DNA of 64,000 nucleotides from Patescibacteria group bacterium (lineage in GTDB: Bacteria > Patescibacteriota > WWE3 > UBA101185 > UBA10185): the NCBI GenBank assembly GCA_049322215.1, contig JBMORU010000001.1, positions 516,023 through 580,022 on the forward strand, in the 5' to 3' direction. A program made the position numbers and the translations under genes. Positions 1-9,391 of this stretch are shown here, piece by piece (position 1 is the first letter of the stretch; the number at the start of each line of letters is the position of its first letter). The notes under the pieces are model-generated. The model made no database searches. It saw only the letters and a list, made by a program, of their open reading frames with translations, and had not been told where the DNA came from.

Positions 1-435
1 GAGTATCGTCCTGAAATTGAGGTCAAAGTAGAAGATAATAGTGTTGTTTGTTTAGAAAAAATAAAAACGAAAGATTCTTATGCATACTGGGGCTTAACTA
101 GAGCGCTTATTAACAATATGATTATTGGCGTAACCGAGGGCTTTACAAGAGAATTAGAATTAATTGGTGTGGGATACAGAGCAAAACCTATAAATGGAGG
201 TATTGAACTTTCTGTAGGCTATTCGCACCCAGTTGAGTACATTGCTCCTGAGGGTATAAAAATTGAAGTTGAAGATCAGAAAAAGTTAAAGGTGACTGGG
301 ATTGACAAACAGTTGGTTGGTTTAACAGCTTCTAAAATAAGAGAAATAAGAAAACCAGAGCCTTATAAAGGCAAAGGAATAAAATATATAGAAGAAGTAA
401 TTTTAAGAAAGCCGGGTAAAGCTGGTAAGGTATAA
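1..435 (+). CDS. rplF: 50S ribosomal protein L6 (5' truncated by window edge)
   Basis: Frame open from base 1; GVGYRA, GYSHP and RKPEPYKGKGI motifs; precedes L18. Confidence 0.97.
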   Translation, partial: EYRPEIEVKVEDNSVVCLEKIKTKDSYAYWGLTRALINNMIIGVTEGFTRELELIGVGYRAKPINGGIELSVGYSHPVEYIAPEGIKIEVEDQKKLKVTGIDKQLVGLTASKIREIRKPEPYKGKGIKYIEEVILRKPGKAGKV

Positions 436-438
436 ACT

Positions 439-795
439 ATGTATCATGTAAAACGAAGATCAGTAAAACAAAAAAGGCAGCTAAGATCAATCAAAAATAT
501 TTTTGGTACTGCAGAGCGTCCAAGATTAACTGTTTTTAGATCAAACAAATATACTTATGCACAAATTATTGATGATGAAAAAAGAGTGTCTTTAGTTACT
601 GTATTTGATGAGGCTGCTAAGCTACATGAAAACAAAACAAAATCTGAGGCTGCTAAAGAAGTAGGAAAACTACTAGCAAAACGTGCAAAAGAGAAAAACA
701 TTGATAAAGTAGTATTTGATAGAAAAGGTTATAAGTATCATGGTAGAGTTAAAAGCTTGGCTGAAGGTGCCCGCGAGGGTGGATTGGATTTTTAA
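439..795 (+). CDS. rplR: 50S ribosomal protein L18
   Basis: [34 protein letters not shown]. Confidence 0.97.
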   Translation: MYHVKRRSVKQKRQLRSIKNIFGTAERPRLTVFRSNKYTYAQIIDDEKRVSLVTVFDEAAKLHENKTKSEAAKEVGKLLAKRAKEKNIDKVVFDRKGYKYHGRVKSLAEGAREGGLDF

Positions 796-797
796 AA

Positions 798-1283
798 ATG
801 ACTGATGTATATAAACCACATGCAGAAGAATATAAAGAAAGAGTAATTCAAATTAAACGTGTATCTAAAAAAACAAAAGGTGGTAACAAAATAGGATTTA
901 CTGCACTTGTTTTAGTAGGAAATGGTGCTGGAAAAATAGGCGTAGCCTTAGGTAAAGCCCCTGATGTTTCATCTGCTATTCAAAAAGGTATTTCTAAAGC
1001 TAAAGTAGATATGACAGAGGTAAACCTATATGGAGAAACAATTCCGCATGAAATTACTCATAAGCATAAATCTGCAATGATTAAGCTAAGACCTGCTCCC
1101 GAGGGTAGTGGTATTATCGCAGGAGGTGCCGTTAGACATGTTATTGAACTTGTAGGTATTTCAAACGTTTCTGCCAAAGTTTTAGGTTCTACAAATAAAA
1201 TTAATAATGTACGTTGTACAATAGAGGCTTTATCAAAAATGAAGCACCCTATGGAAAAGAAAAATAAAAATTCTGAAAAATAA
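798..1283 (+). CDS. rpsE: 30S ribosomal protein S5
   Basis: RVSKKTKGG, PAPEGSGIIAGG, LGSTN motifs. Confidence 0.97.
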   Translation: MTDVYKPHAEEYKERVIQIKRVSKKTKGGNKIGFTALVLVGNGAGKIGVALGKAPDVSSAIQKGISKAKVDMTEVNLYGETIPHEITHKHKSAMIKLRPAPEGSGIIAGGAVRHVIELVGISNVSAKVLGSTNKINNVRCTIEALSKMKHPMEKKNKNSEK

Positions 1284-1285
1284 CT

Positions 1286-1744
1286 ATGGATTTAAGTAAA
1301 ATAAAAAAAATTAAAGGAAACAAAACGAAATCACTAAGAGTAGGTCGTGGTACTTCTAGTGGAAAAGGTGGTCATACTGTAGGTAAAGGTATGAAAGGTC
1401 AAAAATCTCGTTCTGGATACAATATTCCTGTTGGTTTTGAAGGTGGTCAGGTTCCTTTATATAAAAAGTTACCTACAATTGGTGGCTTTAAAAACCCTAA
1501 TTCTAAAGATATAAAAACTATAGACATTACAAAGTTAAACTTATTTGAAAATGGGACAGAAGTTACTCCTGCGTCTTTAGTGCAGAAAGGTATTATTAAC
1601 AAAATTCCCGGTTACTGTGTAAAGGTACTAGCTAAGGGTGAGGGTGTTTTAGGAAAGAAGTTAACACTAAAAGGTTTTACTGCCTCAAAAAAGGCTGCAG
1701 AACTTATAGAAAAGTCTGGAAGCACACTTTTGCCTTTAAAATGA
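1286..1744 (+). CDS. rplO: 50S ribosomal protein L15
   Basis: RVGRG..SGKG, GQKSRSG, GFEGGQ.PL. Confidence 0.97.
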   Translation: MDLSKIKKIKGNKTKSLRVGRGTSSGKGGHTVGKGMKGQKSRSGYNIPVGFEGGQVPLYKKLPTIGGFKNPNSKDIKTIDITKLNLFENGTEVTPASLVQKGIINKIPGYCVKVLAKGEGVLGKKLTLKGFTASKKAAELIEKSGSTLLPLK

Positions 1745-1874
1745 AGACTACACGTACTAAAGTACTCGTATCTTCCTTCTTGGTGAGAGAAAGCTTTAGG
1801 GTCTTCTCGCTTAAGAAATAAAATCGGAGTATATTCCCATTTTATACTAAGTTTGTAACTGTATAATTAAAGTC

Positions 1875-3140
1875 ATGTTGAATAAGATATTCAGAATACC
1901 TGAATTGCGAAACAGAATACTTTTTACACTATTTATTATTTTAGTGTTTCGTTTTTTGGCTCATATTCCAGTTCCTGGAGTGGATATTGAGGCAGTTAGA
2001 AGCTATTTATCGGGTAGTCAAATATTCGGTCTTTTTGATTTATTTAGTGGTGGCGGATTTCAAAATTTTTCCATTGTAACTTTGGGTGTTGGTCCTTATA
2101 TTAATGCTTCCATAGCATTCCAACTGTTAACTTTAATGATTCCCCAGCTTGAAGAGCTATCAAAAGAGGGAGAATATGGACGTGAAAAAATTTCACAATA
2201 TACACGCATGGCAACTGTTCCTTTAGCCTTGCTGCAATCTTATGGTGTTTATTTTTTACTCCGTTCCCAAAATGTTATATCTTCGCTAGCTTCTTTTGAT
2301 TTAATTGTGCTTATTTTAACTTTAACTAGCGGTACTTTATTTCTTATGTGGATAGGGGAACAAGTCACAGAATACGGAATTGGTAACGGAATTTCTTTAT
2401 TAATTTTTGTTGGTATTATCACAAGACTTCCAAGTTCTGCATTACAATTATTTACAAACTCAAGCGGTGAACAAATATTAACTACTTTAGCATTTTTAGG
2501 CTTTTCTGCTTTAGTTGTGTATGCCATAGTTTTAGTTAACGAGGGCGTGCGCAATATTCCACTAGAGTATGGTAGAAGATCTTTTTCTGGGCCAAGATCT
2601 TCGGGAGGAAATTACTTGCCTATAAAAATTAACCAAGCAGGTGTTATTCCTATTATATTTGCTATTTCCATAGTTTTGATTCCATCTTTTGTTAGCGGCC
2701 CTTTGTTAGCAGCCAATAGTCAGCTTTTGCAAAGCATTGGAGACTTTTTAGCGCGTAATTTTCAGTCAACATCAATGGGGTACAATTTGTTATATTTTGT
2801 TTTGGTTTTTGCATTTACATTTTTTTATACCTTTTTGCAATTTAATCCGGAAAAAGTAGCTGATGATATAAGAAAACGAGGTGGTTTTATTCCTGGAGTG
2901 CGCCCTGGGAAATCTACACACGAATATATAAAAAACGTGGTTTTACGTTTAACTCTAGTAGGGGCTTTATTTTTAGGTATCGTGGCAGTTTTGCCTTTTA
3001 TTGTTCAATCTATAACGGGTTTGCAAACATTTGCTATTGGCGGTACTGGTATATTAATTGTAGTATCTGTAGTTCTTGAAACTGTAAGACAAGTTGAGGC
3101 TTTACTGGTTACAAGAAATTACGAAAGTTTTTTGGAGTAA
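1875..3140 (+). CDS. secY: preprotein translocase SecY
   Basis: LGVGPYINASI, GIGNGISLLIF, AGVIPIIFA, FIPGVRPG; ~10 TM segments. Confidence 0.98.
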   Translation: MLNKIFRIPELRNRILFTLFIILVFRFLAHIPVPGVDIEAVRSYLSGSQIFGLFDLFSGGGFQNFSIVTLGVGPYINASIAFQLLTLMIPQLEELSKEGEYGREKISQYTRMATVPLALLQSYGVYFLLRSQNVISSLASFDLIVLILTLTSGTLFLMWIGEQVTEYGIGNGISLLIFVGIITRLPSSALQLFTNSSGEQILTTLAFLGFSALVVYAIVLVNEGVRNIPLEYGRRSFSGPRSSGGNYLPIKINQAGVIPIIFAISIVLIPSFVSGPLLAANSQLLQSIGDFLARNFQSTSMGYNLLYFVLVFAFTFFYTFLQFNPEKVADDIRKRGGFIPGVRPGKSTHEYIKNVVLRLTLVGALFLGIVAVLPFIVQSITGLQTFAIGGTGILIVVSVVLETVRQVEALLVTRNYESFLE

Positions 3141-3143
3141 AAA

Positions 3144-3410
3144 ATGCTTGATAAATTAAAAGATTTAAATAATTTGAGAAAAATTCAAAGCGAAATGAAA
3201 AAGCAGCTTGAAGAGATTTTTGTTTCAGGGGAAAAGGGTGATTATTCGGTAGTTATAAGAGGTGATAAAAGGATTGAGCGTATAGAAGTTGATGGCGAGG
3301 AAGATAAAGAACTTAAAGACTTACTAAATAAAACAATGAAGGATGTAGATAAGAAAGTTCAGAAAAAGCTAAAGGGTCAGTTGGGTGATTTAGGTCTTCC
3401 AGGTTTTTAA
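3144..3410 (+). CDS. YbaB/EbfC-family nucleoid-associated protein
   Basis: 88 aa: N-terminal helix, short beta region (V.IRGD..I..IEVD), C-terminal helix ending GLPGF as in YbaB/EbfC. Confidence 0.7.
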   Translation: MLDKLKDLNNLRKIQSEMKKQLEEIFVSGEKGDYSVVIRGDKRIERIEVDGEEDKELKDLLNKTMKDVDKKVQKKLKGQLGDLGLPGF

Positions 3411-3411
3411 A

Positions 3412-4032
3412 ATGAAAGTATTATTAATTGGTCCACAAGGATCTGGAAAAGGAACCATTGGAAAACTGCTAAGTGAGAAGACAGGTTTGCCTCACATAAG
3501 CGTTGGTGCTCTTCTTCGAGAAGCTGCTGAAACTAACAAACAAATTCGGGATACTTTAAATAATGGCGACTTAGTTTCTTATGAGACTACTGCCGGACTT
3601 ATAAAATCTCACATTGAAAAAAACAATTTAGGAAGCAATTATATACTCGATGGTTGGGTTCGTAACTTAGGACAGTTAGAGGTTTTTAATCCAAATTTTG
3701 ACAAAGTTATTTATTTAACTTTATCTGAAAATGACTCTGTACGCAGACTGAGTGGTAGACGTATCTGTTCTAGCTGTGGTTGGATGTGCAATATTTACAC
3801 TATGCCACCAAAATCTGAAGGTTCTTGTGATTTATGTGGTAGTAAACTATTACAGCGTGAAGATGATACTGAGGAAGCAGTTAAACACAGGTTAGAAATT
3901 TTTTATACTGATACTATGCAGGTGGTAGATAGATTTAGAGATGAAGGTATTTTGGTAGAGGTTGATGCAAGTCCCCTTCCAAAGGAAGTAATGGAAAATT
4001 TGTTAAATGAGGTAGTTTTGAATGAAAATTAA
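3412..4032 (+). CDS. adk: adenylate kinase
   Basis: P-loop GPQGSGKGT; zinc LID CxxC..CxxC; QREDD. Confidence 0.95.
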   Translation: MKVLLIGPQGSGKGTIGKLLSEKTGLPHISVGALLREAAETNKQIRDTLNNGDLVSYETTAGLIKSHIEKNNLGSNYILDGWVRNLGQLEVFNPNFDKVIYLTLSENDSVRRLSGRRICSSCGWMCNIYTMPPKSEGSCDLCGSKLLQREDDTEEAVKHRLEIFYTDTMQVVDRFRDEGILVEVDASPLPKEVMENLLNEVVLNEN

Positions 4033-4765
4033 GCTCAAAAACAGTGACGAGTTAGATTTAATGCGGGACGGTGGAAAAATAACTGCGGCAGCACTAAGAG
4101 CTGCGCTATCTGCAGTAAAGACAGGTATTACTACTATTGAACTAGATAAAATTGCAGAACAACAAATACTTGATTTAGGAGGACAGCCTTCATTTAAAAC
4201 TGTAGTAGGTTATGATTTTTCAACGTGTATTAACGTAAACGAGGGTCTAGTTCATGGATTACCAAATGATTACGTTTTAAAAAAGGGTGATATAGTTAGT
4301 ATTGATTTAGGTACTTTGTATAAAGGGTTTCATACTGATTTGTCATACACAGTTGAGGTTGATGGTTTGACTGAATCTAAGTTTTTAACAATAGGTGAAG
4401 ATGCCTTAAATGCAGGTATCAAAAATTCTGTAGCAGGAAAACATATTGGTGATATAGGTTTTGCTATGCAAAAAGTTATAGAATCAGAGGGTTGGTCAGT
4501 TTCACGTGACTTGGTAGGCCATGGTATTGGCAAAGACCTGCATGAGGATCCTTACGTTCCTGGATATGGAAAGCCTGGAGTAGGACCTGAATTAAAAGTT
4601 GGTATGGTTTTGGCAATTGAAATAATTTATCAAAAGGGAAGACCAAAAATAAAGGTTGCAGACGACGATTGGACTATTGTTACAGAAGATGGTAGTCTAG
4701 CGGGGCTATTTGAACATACAGTGGCTATAACAAAAGATGGACCCGAAGTATTAACGAGCTTGTAG
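4022..4765 (+). CDS. map: methionine aminopeptidase type I
   Basis: VHGLP, IDLG..YKGFHTD, GHGIG..LHEDP, FEHT. Confidence 0.96.
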   Translation: MKIKLKNSDELDLMRDGGKITAAALRAALSAVKTGITTIELDKIAEQQILDLGGQPSFKTVVGYDFSTCINVNEGLVHGLPNDYVLKKGDIVSIDLGTLYKGFHTDLSYTVEVDGLTESKFLTIGEDALNAGIKNSVAGKHIGDIGFAMQKVIESEGWSVSRDLVGHGIGKDLHEDPYVPGYGKPGVGPELKVGMVLAIEIIYQKGRPKIKVADDDWTIVTEDGSLAGLFEHTVAITKDGPEVLTSL

Positions 4766-4777
4766 TGTAGCTGTTTG

Positions 4778-4806
4778 TTGCATTAGCTGACTTATTTTGA
4801 TACAAT
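4778..4806 (+). promoter_or_regulatory. sigma70 promoter for the infA/alpha operon
   Basis: TTGCAT-N17-TACAAT, with TG extended -10. Confidence 0.7.
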
Positions 4807-4931
4807 CGCACCCGGGTATTAAGCCGTAGTTAAAACATATAATAAATTTAAAATGTTTTTACATTATCCGCCAAATGGCGGTTTGAATTTCAAGTTTAAC
4901 TAAGCTTTGATATCTAGTACTATATCAATTA

Positions 4932-5171
4932 ATGAGTAACAAAAATGTTGTAACTAAAGATGGTTTGATAACAGAAACCCTTATGGGTGGGATGTTTAAG
5001 ATTGAACTAGAAGATGGCGAATTTGCTATTGCTAGTCTATCAGGCAAAATGCGCAAGTTTAGAATACGTATACTAGCCGGAGATAGAGTAAAAATAGAGT
5101 TCTCGCCACATGACTTAACAAGAGGTAGAATTACCTACCGATATAGAGATAAAGAAAAGTCTATTGATTGA
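4932..5171 (+). CDS. infA: translation initiation factor IF-1
   Basis: SGKMRK..IRIL.GDRV..E.SP.DLTRGRITYR. Confidence 0.97.
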   Translation: MSNKNVVTKDGLITETLMGGMFKIELEDGEFAIASLSGKMRKFRIRILAGDRVKIEFSPHDLTRGRITYRYRDKEKSID

Positions 5172-5245
5172 AGTGCTTTTGTAAGTTATTCACTAGCTTT
5201 TTTAAATGATTAGTGTTAACTTGCGTTAGTTAAAAGAAAGTTTTT

Positions 5246-5362
5246 ATGAAAGTAAGGGCATCAGTAAAAAAAATTTGTAGAGATTGCAAAATAGTACGCA
5301 GAAAAGGTGTTGTTTTAGTTATTTGTGGACGCAATCCTAAGCATAAGCAAAGACAAGGTTAA
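5246..5362 (+). CDS. rpmJ: 50S ribosomal protein L36 (below ORF-track size cutoff)
   Basis: Manual translation [38 protein letters not shown]; zinc-binding C+ type. Confidence 0.98.
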   Translation: MKVRASVKKICRDCKIVRRKGVVLVICGRNPKHKQRQG

Positions 5363-5364
5363 TT

Positions 5365-5751
5365 ATGGCAAGAATTGCTGGTATAGATATACCTGAAAAT
5401 AAAAGAATAATTATAGCTTTAACCTACGTTAAAGGAATAGGTAAAACTAAGTCTAAAGAAATATTAGATGCCTGTGGCATTAATGAAAGCATTCGCGCGA
5501 AAGATTTATCAGACGCAGATGCAGCAAAAATAACTAAAAAAATTTCTGAGTTGGAAATTCCTGTAGAGGGTGAACTAAGAAGAATTATTAGTCAAAATAT
5601 TAGACGTTTAAAAGACATTAAAAGTTACCGTGGTTTAAGACATATGAAGGGTTTACCTGCCAGAGGTCAAAGAACCAGAAGTAACGCTAGAACAAGAAAA
5701 GGTAAAAAGAAGACAGTAGGGGGCATGAAGAAAAAGTTAACCAAGAAGTAA
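5365..5751 (+). CDS. rpsM: 30S ribosomal protein S13
   Basis: [34 protein letters not shown]. Confidence 0.98.
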   Translation: MARIAGIDIPENKRIIIALTYVKGIGKTKSKEILDACGINESIRAKDLSDADAAKITKKISELEIPVEGELRRIISQNIRRLKDIKSYRGLRHMKGLPARGQRTRSNARTRKGKKKTVGGMKKKLTKK

Positions 5752-5774
5752 TTTATATTTAAATTGAGTAATTT

Positions 5775-6167
5775 ATGGCAAAAAAGGTAAAAAAATCAAA
5801 AAAAAGAAGTACTAAGCAAATACCTTCCACAGGTAGAGTTTATATAACTGCTGGGTTTAATAATACTATTATTACTATTACTGATGCAGAGGGTAATGCT
5901 TTATTTTCGGGAAGTTCCGGACAAGCTGGATTTAAGGGTTCAAGAAAATCAACCCCATATGCAGCTACAAAAGCTGCAGAATCGGTAGCTGGGCAAGCCG
6001 CAGATGCCGGATTAAAAGAAGTATCTGTTTTTGTTAAAGGTCCTGGTGCGGGGCGTGTAACATCTATAAAGGCACTTAAAAGCTCAGGTTTGCGTGTAAC
6101 CGCAATTTCTGATGTAACACCAATACCACATAATGGTTGTAGACCTAAGAAACGAAGGAGGGTTTAA
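5775..6167 (+). CDS. rpsK: 30S ribosomal protein S11
   Basis: [35 protein letters not shown]. Confidence 0.98.
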   Translation: MAKKVKKSKKRSTKQIPSTGRVYITAGFNNTIITITDAEGNALFSGSSGQAGFKGSRKSTPYAATKAAESVAGQAADAGLKEVSVFVKGPGAGRVTSIKALKSSGLRVTAISDVTPIPHNGCRPKKRRRV

Positions 6168-6170
6168 TTT

Positions 6171-6773
6171 ATGGCACGATATACCGGTCCAAAATGCAGA
6201 TTATGTAGAAGAGAAGGTCAAAAGCTATACTTAAAGGGTTCACGTTGTGAAAGTGAAAAATGTGCTATAACTCGTAGAGGTCAAGCTCCTGGGCAACATG
6301 GAACATCAAGACGAAGAATGTCTCAGTACGGCCTTCAATTTAGAGAAAAACAAAAAGCCAAAAGAACTTATGGCATTTTAGAAAAACAGTTTAGAGGTTA
6401 TGTAGATCAAGCTTTGAAATCTAGAGGTGTTACAGGTACAAGATTAGTTCAACAATTAGAGTCTAGATTTGATAATATGGTTTATAGAAGTGGTTTTGCA
6501 GTGTCTCGTGCTCAGGCAAGACAATTCATTAGGTCTGGATTTTTTACTGTTAATGGTAAGGTTGTAACAATACCATCAATGCAGTTAAAAGTTGGAGACA
6601 TTATAAAGCCTGTTGACTTCGGAAGAATTCAATTAAGAGAAGGATTTATACTCCCTGAATGGCTTCAAGCCAACGTGAAGGAAAAGTTTGTAAAATTCGA
6701 AAGAATGCCTGAACTTGAGGACTTAAGTGGGGACATTAATGTTCAACTTATCGTTGAGTTCTATTCCAGGTAA
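6171..6773 (+). CDS. rpsD: 30S ribosomal protein S4
   Basis: MARYTGPKCRLCRREG, LESRFDN.VYR.GFA, LIVEFYSR. Confidence 0.98.
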   Translation: MARYTGPKCRLCRREGQKLYLKGSRCESEKCAITRRGQAPGQHGTSRRRMSQYGLQFREKQKAKRTYGILEKQFRGYVDQALKSRGVTGTRLVQQLESRFDNMVYRSGFAVSRAQARQFIRSGFFTVNGKVVTIPSMQLKVGDIIKPVDFGRIQLREGFILPEWLQANVKEKFVKFERMPELEDLSGDINVQLIVEFYSR

Positions 6774-6793
6774 TTTCATTTAAAGGAGGCATT

Positions 6794-7720
6794 GTGCTTT
6801 TAAGTACTGCTGATGTAAAAATAAAAAAAGAATCGGAAAAAGGTAATGTTGGAGTATTTTCTTTTGACCCATTACCAACAGGTTTTGGTCACACACTAGG
6901 AAATTCTCTAAGAAGAGTTTTGTTGACTTCTTTAGAAGGTTCGGCAATAACTCAAATTAAGTATGAAAAAGCTCTACACCAATTTACGGGTATAGAGGGA
7001 ATAAAAGAAGATTTAGTGGAAATAAATTTAAACCTTAAAGGTTTGCACTTCAAAATGCATACCGATAATCCTGTTGTAGGAAGAATTAGTGTTACCGGGC
7101 CTGGTGAAGTAACTGCTGGTGATATTGAAATTTCTTCTGAAGTTGAAGTGTTAGATAAAAAAGCACATATCGCTACTTTAGCCGATAAAAAAGCAAAATT
7201 TGAAGCTGAAATTATAGTAGAAAAAGGCGTTGGATACTTAACTGCAGAAGGTAGAGAAAGCTCAAAGTTAGGTGTAATACTTCTTGACGCTGTTTTTTCA
7301 CCTGTTTTAAGTGCTACCTACGAGGTTGTACCAACTAGATTTGGAAGTGTAACCGGTTTAGATAAATTATTATTTACAGTCGAAACTGATGGAAGTTTGA
7401 GCCCTGAAGAAGCTGTAACACAAGCCGCAACTCAATTAAGAAACTTTTTTAGCAGATTCTCCGATGGAGAAGATGAGGAAATAGTGGAAGAAGAAGTAGT
7501 AGAAACTACAGATGCACTACCAACTGCTAATGAAGATGTTTCTTTAGATGAGCTTCCATTACCAACAAGAACAATAAATGCTCTTAAGAAGCAGGATATA
7601 GAAACACTACATCAATTAAGTGAATTATCTGATGATGATTTGAGTGACATTAAAAACTTAGGTGACAAATCGATTACAGAAATTAAGAAACTACTTAAGA
7701 AAGAAGGTTTAAGACAATGA
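6794..7720 (+). CDS. rpoA: RNA polymerase alpha subunit
   Basis: PL..GFGHTLGNSLRRVLL, DAVFSPV, CTD RT.NALK; SD AAGGAGG before GTG. Confidence 0.98.
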   Translation: MLLSTADVKIKKESEKGNVGVFSFDPLPTGFGHTLGNSLRRVLLTSLEGSAITQIKYEKALHQFTGIEGIKEDLVEINLNLKGLHFKMHTDNPVVGRISVTGPGEVTAGDIEISSEVEVLDKKAHIATLADKKAKFEAEIIVEKGVGYLTAEGRESSKLGVILLDAVFSPVLSATYEVVPTRFGSVTGLDKLLFTVETDGSLSPEEAVTQAATQLRNFFSRFSDGEDEEIVEEEVVETTDALPTANEDVSLDELPLPTRTINALKKQDIETLHQLSELSDDDLSDIKNLGDKSITEIKKLLKKEGLRQ

Positions 7721-8172
7721 GGCACCGCGTCTTTGGTAGAAGATTAAGCAGAGACATAGATCACAGAAGAGCTTTGCTAAAGAATTTGTCTGCATCGTTA
7801 CTTTTAAACGGTAAAATGGAGACTACCTTAACAAAAGCAAAGTTTGTACAGCCTTATGTAGAAAAACTAATCACTAAGGCTAAAAAAAACAAGAATCAAC
7901 ACGGTGTAAAAATGGCTAAAACAAAACTTCCTACCGAAGAGGCAGTACGTGTACTATTTGAAAAGGTTGTTCCTGACTTTGAGTCACGAAACGGGGGTTA
8001 TACACGTATAGTTAAATTAAATAGGCGCGCAGGCGATAATGCTCCGTTAGCCAGAATAGAACTAATTAAAGATAAAAAGTCTAAAAAAACTGACAAAAAA
8101 GCTGCTGTAGATGAAGAGAAAAAACCAGCTAAAAGTAAAAAAGTTACTGTAAAAAAAGAAGAAAATGAATAA
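7717..8172 (+). CDS. rplQ: 50S ribosomal protein L17
   Basis: MRHR..GRRLSR..DHRRALL, RNGGYTRI, RAGDNA; Lys-rich tail. Confidence 0.97.
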   Translation: MRHRVFGRRLSRDIDHRRALLKNLSASLLLNGKMETTLTKAKFVQPYVEKLITKAKKNKNQHGVKMAKTKLPTEEAVRVLFEKVVPDFESRNGGYTRIVKLNRRAGDNAPLARIELIKDKKSKKTDKKAAVDEEKKPAKSKKVTVKKEENE

Positions 8173-8596
8173 AACACATTCAGTAAGTAAAAACGATATA
8201 CAACCAAAGTGGCATTTTATAGATGCTCGTGGAAAAATATTAGGTAAGGTAGCATCAGAGGCCGCTGCCATATTGGCAGGTAAAAAAAATGTAACCTATT
8301 CACCTCACTTAGATATGATGGATAAAGTTGTAATTACCAACGCAAGTAAAATTGCTGTGACAGGAAACAAGTTAACCAAGAAAATTTATTACAGACATAC
8401 TGGGTTTCCAGGTGGAATTAAACAAGAAATTCTAGGTGACTTATTAGAAAGAAGACCAACAGAAGTTTTAAGAAAAGCAGTTAAAGGAATGTTACCTTAT
8501 AACAAACTAAGAAAAGCAAGAATTGCTAATTTATATATTTATCCGGGTGCAGAACATCCTCACACGGCTAATCTATCTACTAAAAAGGAAAGTTAA
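8165..8596 (+). CDS. rplM: 50S ribosomal protein L13
   Basis: WHFIDA, YYRHTGFPGG, AVKGMLP. Confidence 0.97.
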   Translation: MNKTHSVSKNDIQPKWHFIDARGKILGKVASEAAAILAGKKNVTYSPHLDMMDKVVITNASKIAVTGNKLTKKIYYRHTGFPGGIKQEILGDLLERRPTEVLRKAVKGMLPYNKLRKARIANLYIYPGAEHPHTANLSTKKES

Positions 8597-8598
8597 AA

Positions 8599-9042
8599 AT
8601 GGCAAAAAAGCAAGAAATACAAGAAAAAACAAGTAAATCCCCAAAGAAAGGTTTTATAAGCGGAACTGGAAGAAGAAAAACTGCAGTTGCACGTGTTTTC
8701 CTATATCAAGACAAAGGTGATATAACAATAAATGATATGCCAATTGACGATTACTTTCCTACTGAAAATGAAGCACTAAAATGGAAGAAGCCATTTCACT
8801 TAGTTGGAATATCTCATCCTGAATCAAAATACTGGGCATCTATTAAAGTTCAAGGCTCTGGAAAATCCGCTCAATTAGATGCAGTAGTACATGGTATATC
8901 AAGAGCATTAGCTACTATTAACGAAGAATATCGTAAAATACTAAGTACTCAGGGCTTCTTAACTAGAGATTCTAGAATGGTTGAAAGAAAGAAATACTGG
9001 TTAAGGAAAGCTAGAAAAGCACCTCAATACTCAAAACGTTAA
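8599..9042 (+). CDS. rpsI: 30S ribosomal protein S9
   Basis: GTGRRKTAVARV, LTRDSRMVERKK, KARKAPQYSKR. Confidence 0.98.
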   Translation: MAKKQEIQEKTSKSPKKGFISGTGRRKTAVARVFLYQDKGDITINDMPIDDYFPTENEALKWKKPFHLVGISHPESKYWASIKVQGSGKSAQLDAVVHGISRALATINEEYRKILSTQGFLTRDSRMVERKKYWLRKARKAPQYSKR

Positions 9043-9335
9043 ATACTTTTTGGCGTCTCAAGCTCAGTAACAATATATTGAAGTTCACTCAAAGCAGTGG
9101 TTATTTGCTGAATTTTTTGCCGAAGCTTATTTTCGCTTGATTCAGTTAAACTTAAAAAAGAAACATTGTAAGCTTCAGCAATGCTATTTAACACCTTTAG
9201 TGGGGGAATGCACTTTCCGGTTTCGTAGGCTGAAATAGTTTTTCCTGAAACTCCAATTTTGTTGCCAAATCTTTCTTGCGACAGTTTATACTTATCTCTA
9301 ATTTCTTTAATTTTAAATCCTATATTTTTTTCCAT
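9039..9335 (-). CDS. XRE-family HTH regulator with C-terminal coiled coil
   Basis: IG.KIKEIR....LSQ..F...IGVS..TIS.YE.G...P; C-terminal heptads LRQKIQQITTALSEL. Confidence 0.9.
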   Translation of the reverse strand: MEKNIGFKIKEIRDKYKLSQERFGNKIGVSGKTISAYETGKCIPPLKVLNSIAEAYNVSFLSLTESSENKLRQKIQQITTALSELQYIVTELETPKSI

Positions 9336-9340
9336 AATCC

Positions 9341-9391
9341 AGCTTAATTAGAAATTAACACATTGCAATATGCATTGCAATAATTTAAATT
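9341..9391. promoter_or_regulatory. divergent promoters sharing a palindromic -35, with tandem ATTGCAAT operator-like sites
   Basis: ATTGCAAT at 9362-9369 and 9374-9381. Plus strand: TTGCAA(9363)-N17-TAAATT-N7-ATG(9399). Minus strand: TTGCAA-N16-TAAGCT-N5-ATG(9335). Confidence 0.6.
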
